Positions 10,026-18,985 of a DNA stretch of 64,000 nucleotides are shown here, piece after piece. Made by a program: the position numbers and the translations under genes. The stretch is taken from IMG/VR virus record IMGVR_UViG_3300017748_000002, positions 59,333 through 123,332 of that record; one strand, 5' to 3'. The notes under the pieces were generated by a model. The model made no database searches. It was not told the DNA's origin and saw nothing but the letters and a program-made list of their open reading frames with translations. Position 1 is the stretch's first letter. Each line of letters starts with the position of its first letter. Source of the DNA: a virus.

Positions 10026-10984
10026 AACCAACTCAACTTTGTCAAGCAATGTGTCCAATGTGTGACCGAGTAACGCTTGATGGTGAGTTGAATCATCGTG
10101 TAAACAACACATCGCTTTCTATTCAAGATGTAAAAAATATCTTTTCAAAAGAATTTATTCAACAACTAGATGAAATGTACATGTGTGGTAACCTCGGCGA
10201 TCCGATGTTAGCACCTGACTGTCTCGAGATCTTTGAATATTTTCGTGAAGCCAATCCAAACATCTATCTGTCTATGAATACAAATGGTGGAGCTCGTAAG
10301 CCAGAGTTTTGGAAGAACCTAGCAAATCTAACAAGTCATGTTACATTCTCAATAGATGGGCTTGAAGACACAAATGGGGTTTACAGAAAAGGCGTAATAT
10401 GGTATAATATAATTAACAATGTGAAGGAGTTTATCAATGCCGGTGGAAAAGCAAAATGGGACTATCTGGTCTTTGAACACAACGAACATCAAATCGAATT
10501 GGCAGAACAATTATCAAAAGAACTTGGATTTGTGGAATTCCGTCCAAAAACCACGAATCGTTATGACAAAGAAAGACCAGCATGGCAGACTTACTGGCGA
10601 GGAAAACAGCGAGAAGTCTTAAAGCCGCCAAAGCAAGAGAAATACCAAAGTGAAGTAGTGAACAACCCTTTAAAGGACAGAGAACATGTTGCCATATCTC
10701 CGAAATGCGTCAAAAACAGAGAAATTTACGTGGCTGCTACAGGACACGTCTTTCCGTGTTGCTGGGCTCATACGTCGGCTGTATCGAGTCAAAATATTTC
10801 TTTGGAAGAAAGGTTGGATATCCGATCTTTAGTTGTAGAGAATAATGCTAAAGAAGTCGGAATAAATAAAGCTGTAGAATGGTTTGAAAATATTTTTGAA
10901 CGATGGGATACTGATGATAAGCCGTTTGTTTGTTCGGCTAAATGTAATATGAAACAAGATACGGTAAAACTGCAATATGTATAA
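9998..10984 (+). CDS. Radical SAM/SPASM-twitch protein (paralogue 1 of a tandem trio)
   Basis: CQAMCPMC, GNLGDP, TNGG, FSIDG, C-terminal C..GHVFPCC..CSAKC. Confidence 0.9.
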   Translation: MYSIKKVHLEPTQLCQAMCPMCDRVTLDGELNHRVNNTSLSIQDVKNIFSKEFIQQLDEMYMCGNLGDPMLAPDCLEIFEYFREANPNIYLSMNTNGGARKPEFWKNLANLTSHVTFSIDGLEDTNGVYRKGVIWYNIINNVKEFINAGGKAKWDYLVFEHNEHQIELAEQLSKELGFVEFRPKTTNRYDKERPAWQTYWRGKQREVLKPPKQEKYQSEVVNNPLKDREHVAISPKCVKNREIYVAATGHVFPCCWAHTSAVSSQNISLEERLDIRSLVVENNAKEVGINKAVEWFENIFERWDTDDKPFVCSAKCNMKQDTVKLQYV

Positions 10985-12041
10985 CGTGAAAATGATACAC
11001 TTCGAACCAACTCAAATGTGTCAGGCTTCTTGTCCTATGTGTGATAGGAATAAGAATGGCGGAGAAGTCAATCAACATTTAAAAGACGAGTCAATGACTT
11101 TGGAAGGTTTTCAGAAAGCCTTTTCACCAGAGTTCTTGGCACAACTTGAAACATTTTATTTCTGCGGTAATCATGGTGATCCAATCTTTGCTCCAGAAAT
11201 GTTAGAGATAGCGGAGTATGTACGTGAGTGTAGTCCTGATATTCATATGTTTGTTACTACTAATGGTGGTGCTCGTAAACCTGAATGGTGGGAACGACTA
11301 GCCCCTATTGTAGACTTTGTCAACTTTTCGGTTGATGGCTTACAAGATACAAATCACTTCTATCGCCAAGGTGTAAAGTGGGATCATGTTGAAGAAAACA
11401 TGTCTGCCTTCTGTGATGCTGGTGGTCATGCTAAATGGACATTTCTTGTATTCAACTATAACGAACACCAAATTGAACAAGCTCGTATGTTTTCTAAGAT
11501 TATTGGTGTAAAAGACTTTATAGTTAAAAAGTCAGGCCGATACATTAACACAGCTAATCTACAAAAGAAAGATGATCATCAAGCTGTTTTTCGTGGCCAA
11601 GACTCTATGCGATTATCTCCTCCAAAGAATCCAAAATATAGAAATAAAGCTATTGACGAGGACTATGATAAGATCGTAGAAAAGTTTGGTTCAATGGACA
11701 ACTTTATTGATGTTGCTGAGATCAAACCTAAGTGTATGCAGAAAAATGAGATCTATGTTTCGGCTGAAGGTTTAGTCTTTCCATGTTGCTGGTTAGCTGG
11801 CCAAGTCTATAAATGGTGGAGACCAGTTGAAGACTCACAAGAATATAAAGTGATTATGTCAACTGGAGGTTTTGAAAAGATTAACGTTCACTATACTCCA
11901 CTTGAAAACATTATGGAAGGTGACTTCTTTGCAACAGTTAAGAATAGTTGGGATATTCATGGTGTTGGTCAAGGGCGAATGAAAACGTGTGGAACAAAAT
12001 GTAATGTAGGATTTGATCCCTTCTTAGCGCAATGGACATGA
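10977..12041 (+). CDS. Radical SAM/SPASM-twitch protein (paralogue 2)
   Basis: CQASCPMC, GNHGDP, GLVFPCC, CGTKC. Confidence 0.9.
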   Translation: MYNVKMIHFEPTQMCQASCPMCDRNKNGGEVNQHLKDESMTLEGFQKAFSPEFLAQLETFYFCGNHGDPIFAPEMLEIAEYVRECSPDIHMFVTTNGGARKPEWWERLAPIVDFVNFSVDGLQDTNHFYRQGVKWDHVEENMSAFCDAGGHAKWTFLVFNYNEHQIEQARMFSKIIGVKDFIVKKSGRYINTANLQKKDDHQAVFRGQDSMRLSPPKNPKYRNKAIDEDYDKIVEKFGSMDNFIDVAEIKPKCMQKNEIYVSAEGLVFPCCWLAGQVYKWWRPVEDSQEYKVIMSTGGFEKINVHYTPLENIMEGDFFATVKNSWDIHGVGQGRMKTCGTKCNVGFDPFLAQWT

Positions 12042-12976
12042 AAGTAGCTCAATTACAAGCCGATATTACTACGTATTGTAATAGCCATTGTGGTGGATGT
12101 ATACGAAATATTGATGGAGGAGAAACGTGTGTTGATCTAGTACATCTTCCACTTAATATCTTCAGAAAAATAAACTTTAGTGATATTGAAGTAGTATATT
12201 TTAATGGAGCTTATGGCGATTTTACAATGCACCCTGATGGTATTCAATTTATTGATTCTATTCCTGAGCACGTTGTCATTGATATTTCAACCAATGGTGG
12301 CACAAGAAATAAAGGATGGTGGCAGCTGCTGGCTAAAACACTCAGTAAATTCACAGCAAGAGTTAGCTTTGCAATCGATGGTCTATCCACAAATCATTTA
12401 TACAGACGTGGAGTCGACACTGAAAAAGTTTTAGATAATGCAGAAGCATTTATTCAAGCTGGAGGAAGAGCCAGATGGAAGTATATTATGTTCGAACACA
12501 ATAAGCATGAAATTGAAACTGCAAGTCAATTAGCTCGCGATATTGGATTCGAATCATTCGTAATGGTTGAATCATACAACGAAGAAATATATCAAAAGAA
12601 ATATAAAAACTTTTCAGAAAGCGTTGCAAAAAGAATTCCGCTCGATGAATCGTATAATTGGAGATCAAGAAGTCTAGAATATCCTGAAGACTACGAAGAT
12701 AACCACCCGTGTCGTTGGAGAAATAAAAGACGAGCTCAACTTGATGCGTGGGGTAATATATGGCAATGTTGTTACATGCCTTCGATAGCCACTCAAAAAG
12801 ATACAAAAATGTTTGAAGAATTAAGCATGTTAAAGCTTGAAAATAATTTGCATTCAGATGAATACGACAACATTCTTCAAAGTAGTTTCTTTGCTGAATT
12901 ATTCGATGAACCTCTAGAAGCTTGCAAGAAATGTGAAGAGTACGATAATGAAAAAGTTAATTTTTCAATTCTTTAA
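12032..12976 (+). CDS. Radical SAM/SPASM-twitch protein (paralogue 3)
   Basis: CNSHCGGC, STNGG, FAIDG, GNIWQCC, CKKC. Confidence 0.85.
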   Translation: MDMKVAQLQADITTYCNSHCGGCIRNIDGGETCVDLVHLPLNIFRKINFSDIEVVYFNGAYGDFTMHPDGIQFIDSIPEHVVIDISTNGGTRNKGWWQLLAKTLSKFTARVSFAIDGLSTNHLYRRGVDTEKVLDNAEAFIQAGGRARWKYIMFEHNKHEIETASQLARDIGFESFVMVESYNEEIYQKKYKNFSESVAKRIPLDESYNWRSRSLEYPEDYEDNHPCRWRNKRRAQLDAWGNIWQCCYMPSIATQKDTKMFEELSMLKLENNLHSDEYDNILQSSFFAELFDEPLEACKKCEEYDNEKVNFSIL

Positions 12977-13595
12977 AGAACAGCCTTTGTTTCATGGTGA
13001 TGAACGAGATACACTCGGGGTGCAGATTGTTCCGTATTCTATTCGTACTGTTTCAAATTATGCTCAACGAATAGGTGCTGATTATAAGTTTGTCTCAAAT
13101 AGAAAATTTAACCATTTACCAAGTGTACATTCTGAAAAGCTTCAATGTCTTATGGAAACAGGATATGACAAAGTCTTAGCTCTTGACACAGACATAATTA
13201 TTCCACCAGATACAGAGATAGATATATTTAATGAATATCGGCATTCACAGCTTGCTCTTAGAGGTTCGCCAAAACATTTAGGTTTAATGTCACGAATAAA
13301 CGGTGGTGTTGTTTTATGGGATAAACAAACTATTGAGTTAGTCCAACCTATGTTAAACGAACTTCTTCAGTTAAACACAAAAAGAGATTTAATGTGGCAT
13401 GACGAACATTTTATTCAGAGTTGTTGGATGGAATACGATATTGGTGTGACTGGACTCAAATGGGAATGGAATCGAAACGGTGAAGAGTATCATGACTGGA
13501 AACAACCGGCGTACTTTATACACTATGGCGCTGTAACAGAAGCTCGGCTTGCTTTTGATAAAAAACATTGGGATGACAGACTATGCGGATTTTAG
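12948..13595 (+). CDS. GT-A glycosyltransferase-like protein
   Basis: YAQRIGADY, LDTDI (DxD), NGGVV, DE, WN, FIHY. Confidence 0.65.
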   Translation: MKKLIFQFFKEQPLFHGDERDTLGVQIVPYSIRTVSNYAQRIGADYKFVSNRKFNHLPSVHSEKLQCLMETGYDKVLALDTDIIIPPDTEIDIFNEYRHSQLALRGSPKHLGLMSRINGGVVLWDKQTIELVQPMLNELLQLNTKRDLMWHDEHFIQSCWMEYDIGVTGLKWEWNRNGEEYHDWKQPAYFIHYGAVTEARLAFDKKHWDDRLCGF

Positions 13596-14905
13596 GTATT
13601 AGTGAAGGTTCACACGACGCAGCATGGACATTGGTTGAAGCAGCTACAATTGTAGAAGCTCATCATGTTGAGAGACATACTCGAGTAAAAAATGATAAGT
13701 GGTTAAACAAAGATCTTCTTCCAGAAGCTGACATTGTTGTAGGACACGAGAATAAGTATCGTGTTCGTAGTCGAAACGCAATTGCTGGTCAAGAACATCA
13801 ACAAGAAAATATCGAAACAGATACTGACTATAACCACTACGACACTCATGCATGGGCTGGCTGGTCTACTTCTTCATTTGAAGACTGTGATATTCTTTGT
13901 GTCGATGCTATTGGTGAAATGGAGACTGGCGCTGCATACACTATGCGAGATCGAGTGTTGACCAAAACATGGGAAATGAAATACCCAAAAAGTATTGGTC
14001 TAGCGTATTCTGCCGTGACTGCTGCTCTTGGTTATAAGCCTATGGAAGAAGAATATATTGTCATGGGTTTAGCTGCCTATGGCGAACCACTATATGACTT
14101 CGACTATCTTATGGATACCAATTGTCATAAAGGAATTGAACTGCCTAACGGAAGACCAGAAGATATTGCTGCATCAATTCAAGTATTCTATGAAAAGCAA
14201 TTATTGAATCTTGTTAAAGAGTATTGCCATCACGAAAATCTAGTACTGATGGGTGGCTGCGCTTTGAATTGTGTAGCCAATTCTAGAATCGAAGGAAAGA
14301 ATATATGGATCATGCCAAATCCCGGAGATGCCGGTTCATCTCTTGGAGCAGTAGCTGCTTTTTACGAAGATAAATTAGATTGGGAGGGACCTTATCTTGG
14401 AACTAATATCGAAAATGAAATTAATCCTCGTGAGATTGCTCGATATATTGCTGAGCACGGTGTGTGTGGCGTGGCTAACGGTCGTGCTGAGTTTGGCCCT
14501 CGTGCCCTTGGTAATCGTAGCCTTCTTGCTGACCCCCGTCGCGATGTTAAAGACACGGTCAACGAAATCAAAAGAAGACAAAAATTTAGACCCTTTGCAC
14601 CGGCCATCTTGGAAGAATGTGCCGAGCAGTTTTTTGAAGGACCAATGAATGAGTACATGCAATTTGTGGCAAAAGCTAAACATGATTATAAGTCCGTCAC
14701 TCATGTGGATGGGACGGCAAGAGTACAAATAGTCAGACAAAAGACTTATGGATCTCAGATTCGAAAGATCCTTGAAGAATTTACTGATATTACTGGTTGT
14801 CCGATGTTATTGAATACAAGTCTCAATATTAAAGGAGAACCAATGGTTGATAGTTGGGAACACGCAGAAGAATGGATGAAAAAATACAACGTAAACGTCT
14901 TTTAA
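13583..14905 (+). CDS. NodU/CmcH/TobZ-family O-carbamoyltransferase
   Basis: ILGISEGSHDAA, MGLAAYG, GGCALNCVAN, GDAG, EFGPRALGNRS, FRPFAP, HVDGTARVQ, LLNTSLN. Confidence 0.93.
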   Translation: MRILGISEGSHDAAWTLVEAATIVEAHHVERHTRVKNDKWLNKDLLPEADIVVGHENKYRVRSRNAIAGQEHQQENIETDTDYNHYDTHAWAGWSTSSFEDCDILCVDAIGEMETGAAYTMRDRVLTKTWEMKYPKSIGLAYSAVTAALGYKPMEEEYIVMGLAAYGEPLYDFDYLMDTNCHKGIELPNGRPEDIAASIQVFYEKQLLNLVKEYCHHENLVLMGGCALNCVANSRIEGKNIWIMPNPGDAGSSLGAVAAFYEDKLDWEGPYLGTNIENEINPREIARYIAEHGVCGVANGRAEFGPRALGNRSLLADPRRDVKDTVNEIKRRQKFRPFAPAILEECAEQFFEGPMNEYMQFVAKAKHDYKSVTHVDGTARVQIVRQKTYGSQIRKILEEFTDITGCPMLLNTSLNIKGEPMVDSWEHAEEWMKKYNVNVF

Positions 14906-15699
14906 TTACCGGCGGATGTAGCCACTCAGATAGCAACTATAGTGTTTATAAAAGCCGTAATATCAAGACGTGGCCAGAACTCGTAGCTAGTCAATTAAAC
15001 TGTGATTTAATAAATGTTGCTAAAAAGGGCATGGGAAATGACTATATCAGCGGTGCCTTAATGGATGCTGTGATGGATAATAAAGATCGTGATATTGTAG
15101 TTATGATCTTGTGGACATCCGGTGATAGGTGCAATCTATTCGACGTCGGTACGTTATGGCATCAAAGAGAAACGCTAGCATATCATGAAAAACGAAAATT
15201 AGAACCCGGACCTGATGGACCTGTTCCGGGAGAAGCCGATGCATCGTTTGAAGATGCTGTTTGGCCATATAGTGATGATTGGTTTTATATTGATGAAAAA
15301 ACCTTAAATCATAATTTAAGATCTATATGGACTATTGATCATCTTTGTAGGACGTTAAGAATACCTATATATCATAGACAAGCATATTCATTAGTTAATT
15401 CTATCACGTACACCGGCATGTATCATTATGAAGGCCAATACACCGATCTAGAAATAAAAATGAATCAGCTCGAGAGGCAGCATAAACTTCTTCAAGCAGT
15501 ACCGAAGAGTAGATGGTACATTGATTATCGTGATTGGCGTAATGGATTTAAAATTGGTAATATGCCACAGATGTGGATTAACGATGGAACGAATGGAGAA
15601 CCTGTTGATGGCCATCCAAATCAAAGAGGGCATGAATGGATAGCAAAAGACTTCTTATCACTGCAGGATGCAGCTTTACAGAACCAACGTTCTATTTAG
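14872..15699 (+). CDS. SGNH hydrolase-like protein (array member 1)
   Basis: GGCSHS, NVAKKGMGN, DGHPNQRGH. Confidence 0.7.
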   Translation: MDEKIQRKRLLITGGCSHSDSNYSVYKSRNIKTWPELVASQLNCDLINVAKKGMGNDYISGALMDAVMDNKDRDIVVMILWTSGDRCNLFDVGTLWHQRETLAYHEKRKLEPGPDGPVPGEADASFEDAVWPYSDDWFYIDEKTLNHNLRSIWTIDHLCRTLRIPIYHRQAYSLVNSITYTGMYHYEGQYTDLEIKMNQLERQHKLLQAVPKSRWYIDYRDWRNGFKIGNMPQMWINDGTNGEPVDGHPNQRGHEWIAKDFLSLQDAALQNQRSI

Positions 15700-16397
15700 A
15701 AAAAAATATCCTTCCTTGGCCGAATATTATTGCTGATGGAGTAGGATTTGATATTTTAAATGTTGGCAGAGGTGGAGCAGGACAAGACTATATTTCAAAT
15801 GCGGTTATCGATGCAGTGATGGAAAATCAAGATCGAGATCCAATTGTCATGGTGCTTTGGTCAGAGTTTTCTAGAATTAATCTATATGATTTTTGTACAA
15901 AATGGGTATCAACAAATAGCAGAGTTCTTGATACAATTCCTAAGCCTCCATCTGAAAATATGAATCCACATGTGGGTATGACTATGAGTGAAAAAGATAT
16001 TATGATAGCAAGAAATCAATTTAGAATCATGTGGAGAACTAAGAAATTTGTTGAGGATCTAGGCTTTGAGTTTTTTGCAAAGATAGGTATTAGCAGCCTC
16101 TATCAAATCATGCAGATAGCTGATGGTGGAGACAGAGAAAAACGAGCTATTCACTATGGAATGCTGAGAAAAAACATTTTAAAAGATTTTTACTTTCAGA
16201 ATTCTGGTATCACTATGAAAGAACTTGAAGAAGGTTTACCGCAGCATCCAAGAGAAACTGATCCTCAATCTTTTCTAGACACCGGAATATTTTTAGAGTG
16301 TCGACACCCAAATCAGGCAGGACACGAAATCATTGCTGATGCTTTTCTAGGAAAGTATTTAAAAGCACACGAACCACCGGTATTCATCTATGACTAA
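15636..16397 (+). CDS. SGNH hydrolase-like protein (array member 2)
   Basis: AGCSFT, NVGRGGAG, CRHPNQAGH. Confidence 0.7.
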   Translation: MDSKRLLITAGCSFTEPTFYLEKNILPWPNIIADGVGFDILNVGRGGAGQDYISNAVIDAVMENQDRDPIVMVLWSEFSRINLYDFCTKWVSTNSRVLDTIPKPPSENMNPHVGMTMSEKDIMIARNQFRIMWRTKKFVEDLGFEFFAKIGISSLYQIMQIADGGDREKRAIHYGMLRKNILKDFYFQNSGITMKELEEGLPQHPRETDPQSFLDTGIFLECRHPNQAGHEIIADAFLGKYLKAHEPPVFIYD

Positions 16398-17307
16398 AAA
16401 ACTTCTTATCACTGGCGGATGTAGTAATACTACGCAGAAATATTGGGCCTATACTGAAAAGTCAATTATCGTTTGGCCAACAATTGTAGCACAAGATATG
16501 GACTGGGATCTATTAAATCTTGGAATTGCTGGTTCATCTAATGATAGTATTGAAAATTCTGTGTATGACGCTGTTTTAGAGAATCAAGATAGAGACATTG
16601 TTGTAATGATGTTCTGGACAGAACCGTGTAGAGGCACATGGTGGGATCTAGATCATTATCAATTACACGGTACACGAGACAGATATACTCTTTGGTCTGG
16701 TGTTGAAAAGAAGTATCCAGAAATCGATCATGTTGAATTTTGTCGAAGATTTGACCAGCTTGATGATTGGAGCTTTTTAGCTTGGTTGAAAGACAGAAGT
16801 TACTTTCCAAACAATTGGGCAAAAGAACCATTTGACCAACATCTCAAATACATGTATCTAATTCAAGATATTATGAAAAGACATTTATTGTCATTAGCAT
16901 ATAACGACGACAGGATGTTAGAAGTCGATGCACAGATGGTAGACTTCAGTCTCAGATCTATGGTTCGTCTAAAAGGTTTTCTCGATTCACTAAAAATACC
17001 AACCGTTCATAAGTATAGTTTATCAATGACAGAAACTATGCCTTGGTCGTATCCTCATTGGAAAGATGATCCATTAGACATTAAAGAAAAAGCAATGATG
17101 ATGAGAAGAAAAGAAGGTCTTCAACGGCATTGTAGTAAACATCCACGTATTAAAGAAATGGGAATGTCTCGCAAAGATTGGCAAAATGGTTGGTGCGATT
17201 TTAATAAGAGAGAACAAGGATATTTACTTGACTGCGGTCACCCTAATCAAAAAGGACAGAACCTTATAGCTGATGAGTTTATCGAATGCGTAAACTCCTT
17301 ATTGTAG
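16390..17307 (+). CDS. SGNH hydrolase-like protein (array member 3)
   Basis: GGCSNT, NLGIAGSSN, CGHPNQKG. Confidence 0.7.
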   Translation: MTKKLLITGGCSNTTQKYWAYTEKSIIVWPTIVAQDMDWDLLNLGIAGSSNDSIENSVYDAVLENQDRDIVVMMFWTEPCRGTWWDLDHYQLHGTRDRYTLWSGVEKKYPEIDHVEFCRRFDQLDDWSFLAWLKDRSYFPNNWAKEPFDQHLKYMYLIQDIMKRHLLSLAYNDDRMLEVDAQMVDFSLRSMVRLKGFLDSLKIPTVHKYSLSMTETMPWSYPHWKDDPLDIKEKAMMMRRKEGLQRHCSKHPRIKEMGMSRKDWQNGWCDFNKREQGYLLDCGHPNQKGQNLIADEFIECVNSLL

Positions 17308-18173
17308 GCGGAGACAGTAATACAGATTCTACGTATACAGAAAACGTAAAGAACAACATTTTTTCATGGCCACATTCTGTCGCGGACAAAATGGATTGGG
17401 ACTTGCTAAACGTTGCTCAAATGGGACGTTCTAATGAGTCAATAGAGAATAGAGTTTATGACGCTGTTGTAGAGAATCAAGACAGAGATATTGTCGTGAT
17501 GGTTTTATGGTCTCAATCGATCAGGCAATCACCGTTTGATCTTTTTAATATTATATTTACAAACGACAAAAGACAATTCAACGAATTTCAGACTTCTAAA
17601 TTTCTAACAAATTTTCCGGGAATGGATATTGAAAAGTGGGAAGATATTCTTTTTATTGAAAATAATAATTTAAGCTATAATAAATGGATTGAAACAAGAG
17701 AATATTTGCCAAAGTCTGCAGATTATAATCAGCCATATGATTTACAGACTAAACATACGTATATACTAGAACAAATACTTAAATTCAAATTTCAAGATAC
17801 CGATGATGTGTATCATCTTGATGAAAAGATTTTACACTTCAATCTCAGATCTATGAGAAGATTAAAACTTTTTCTTGACAGCTTAGGTATTCGTAGTATA
17901 TTTAAGTCTGGGCTTTCAGTGACTCGTAGCATTCCAGGAATGTTTTCTCCTTGGATTCAAGATCATGATCTAAAGCAAAAAACACTCAATATAAAAAGGC
18001 TAAATAGATTGAATAGTGTTTGTAAAGAAAAGTTAGATTTTGAATTAAGTGATTGGGAAGAAGGATTAATCTGGGCTTTGAGTAAGCACGGTCATGTGAT
18101 GGAATGTAACCATCCAACTCAAACTGGTCATGAAATAATTGCTAAGGAATTTATAAAATGCGCAAACTATTAA
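17286..18173 (+). CDS. SGNH hydrolase-like protein (array member 4)
   Basis: GGDSNT, NVAQMGRSN, CNHPTQTGH. Confidence 0.7.
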   Translation: MRKLLIVGGDSNTDSTYTENVKNNIFSWPHSVADKMDWDLLNVAQMGRSNESIENRVYDAVVENQDRDIVVMVLWSQSIRQSPFDLFNIIFTNDKRQFNEFQTSKFLTNFPGMDIEKWEDILFIENNNLSYNKWIETREYLPKSADYNQPYDLQTKHTYILEQILKFKFQDTDDVYHLDEKILHFNLRSMRRLKLFLDSLGIRSIFKSGLSVTRSIPGMFSPWIQDHDLKQKTLNIKRLNRLNSVCKEKLDFELSDWEEGLIWALSKHGHVMECNHPTQTGHEIIAKEFIKCANY

Positions 18174-18985
18174 TTGTTGGCGGATGTAGTTGGTCTAATC
18201 CGAACGAAGAATGCTATCACGTTGCTGGGATCGATAAGATCTGGCCTGAAATGGTAGCAGAATTTCTTGACATGGATTTAATTAACGTATCAGAAGGTGG
18301 AGCTGGAAACGATTATATTTACGGTCAGACATTAGATGCTATCGAAGAAAACAAAAATCGTGATATTGTCGTTATGGCTCTTTGGTCGCAGGCAATCCGA
18401 ATGGTGCCATTTGATTTACCGATCGGTCAATTTACATTTGGTGTTCATACTCCAATGTTGGTACCGCCTATTGGTCCGCTCAAAGAAGATATTCAAGAAA
18501 GATTTAGAGATCTTTTTTGGTTACACGTTTATGATCAGGATGCTCCGATGCATCTTCAATTAACAAAGGAAGAATTCTGGACAAAAATTGCGAATGTTTC
18601 TCTTCGAAATATTTACATGCTTGATCACTACTGTAAAACAAGAGATATTCCTATTCTTCATCACCGTGCTCTTCATACTCTTGCTGGCATTGAATGGTTA
18701 TTGAAAAAGCAAATCAATTTTCAATTGAGAAAACAAGTCTTTGATGCTTGCCAAAACAATCAATATTATCAGAAGATTCAAAAATTTAAAAATATCGTAG
18801 GACATCCAAATTTCTTTGAACCGGGTTCTAGTTGTTTTGATCTCTACGAAAAATATTACATTACACCACAAGAAAAACACCCAAATACACAAGGGCATAT
18901 GTTAATTGCTAACAGTTTTGTAAACAAATATATAGAACTATACGAAGAAAGATCTACATCAGAACCGAGTTTTGTCTATGAATGA
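18158..18985 (+). CDS. SGNH hydrolase-like protein (array member 5)
   Basis: GGCSWS, NVSEGGAGN, EKHPNTQGH. Confidence 0.7.
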   Translation: MRKLLIVGGCSWSNPNEECYHVAGIDKIWPEMVAEFLDMDLINVSEGGAGNDYIYGQTLDAIEENKNRDIVVMALWSQAIRMVPFDLPIGQFTFGVHTPMLVPPIGPLKEDIQERFRDLFWLHVYDQDAPMHLQLTKEEFWTKIANVSLRNIYMLDHYCKTRDIPILHHRALHTLAGIEWLLKKQINFQLRKQVFDACQNNQYYQKIQKFKNIVGHPNFFEPGSSCFDLYEKYYITPQEKHPNTQGHMLIANSFVNKYIELYEERSTSEPSFVYE

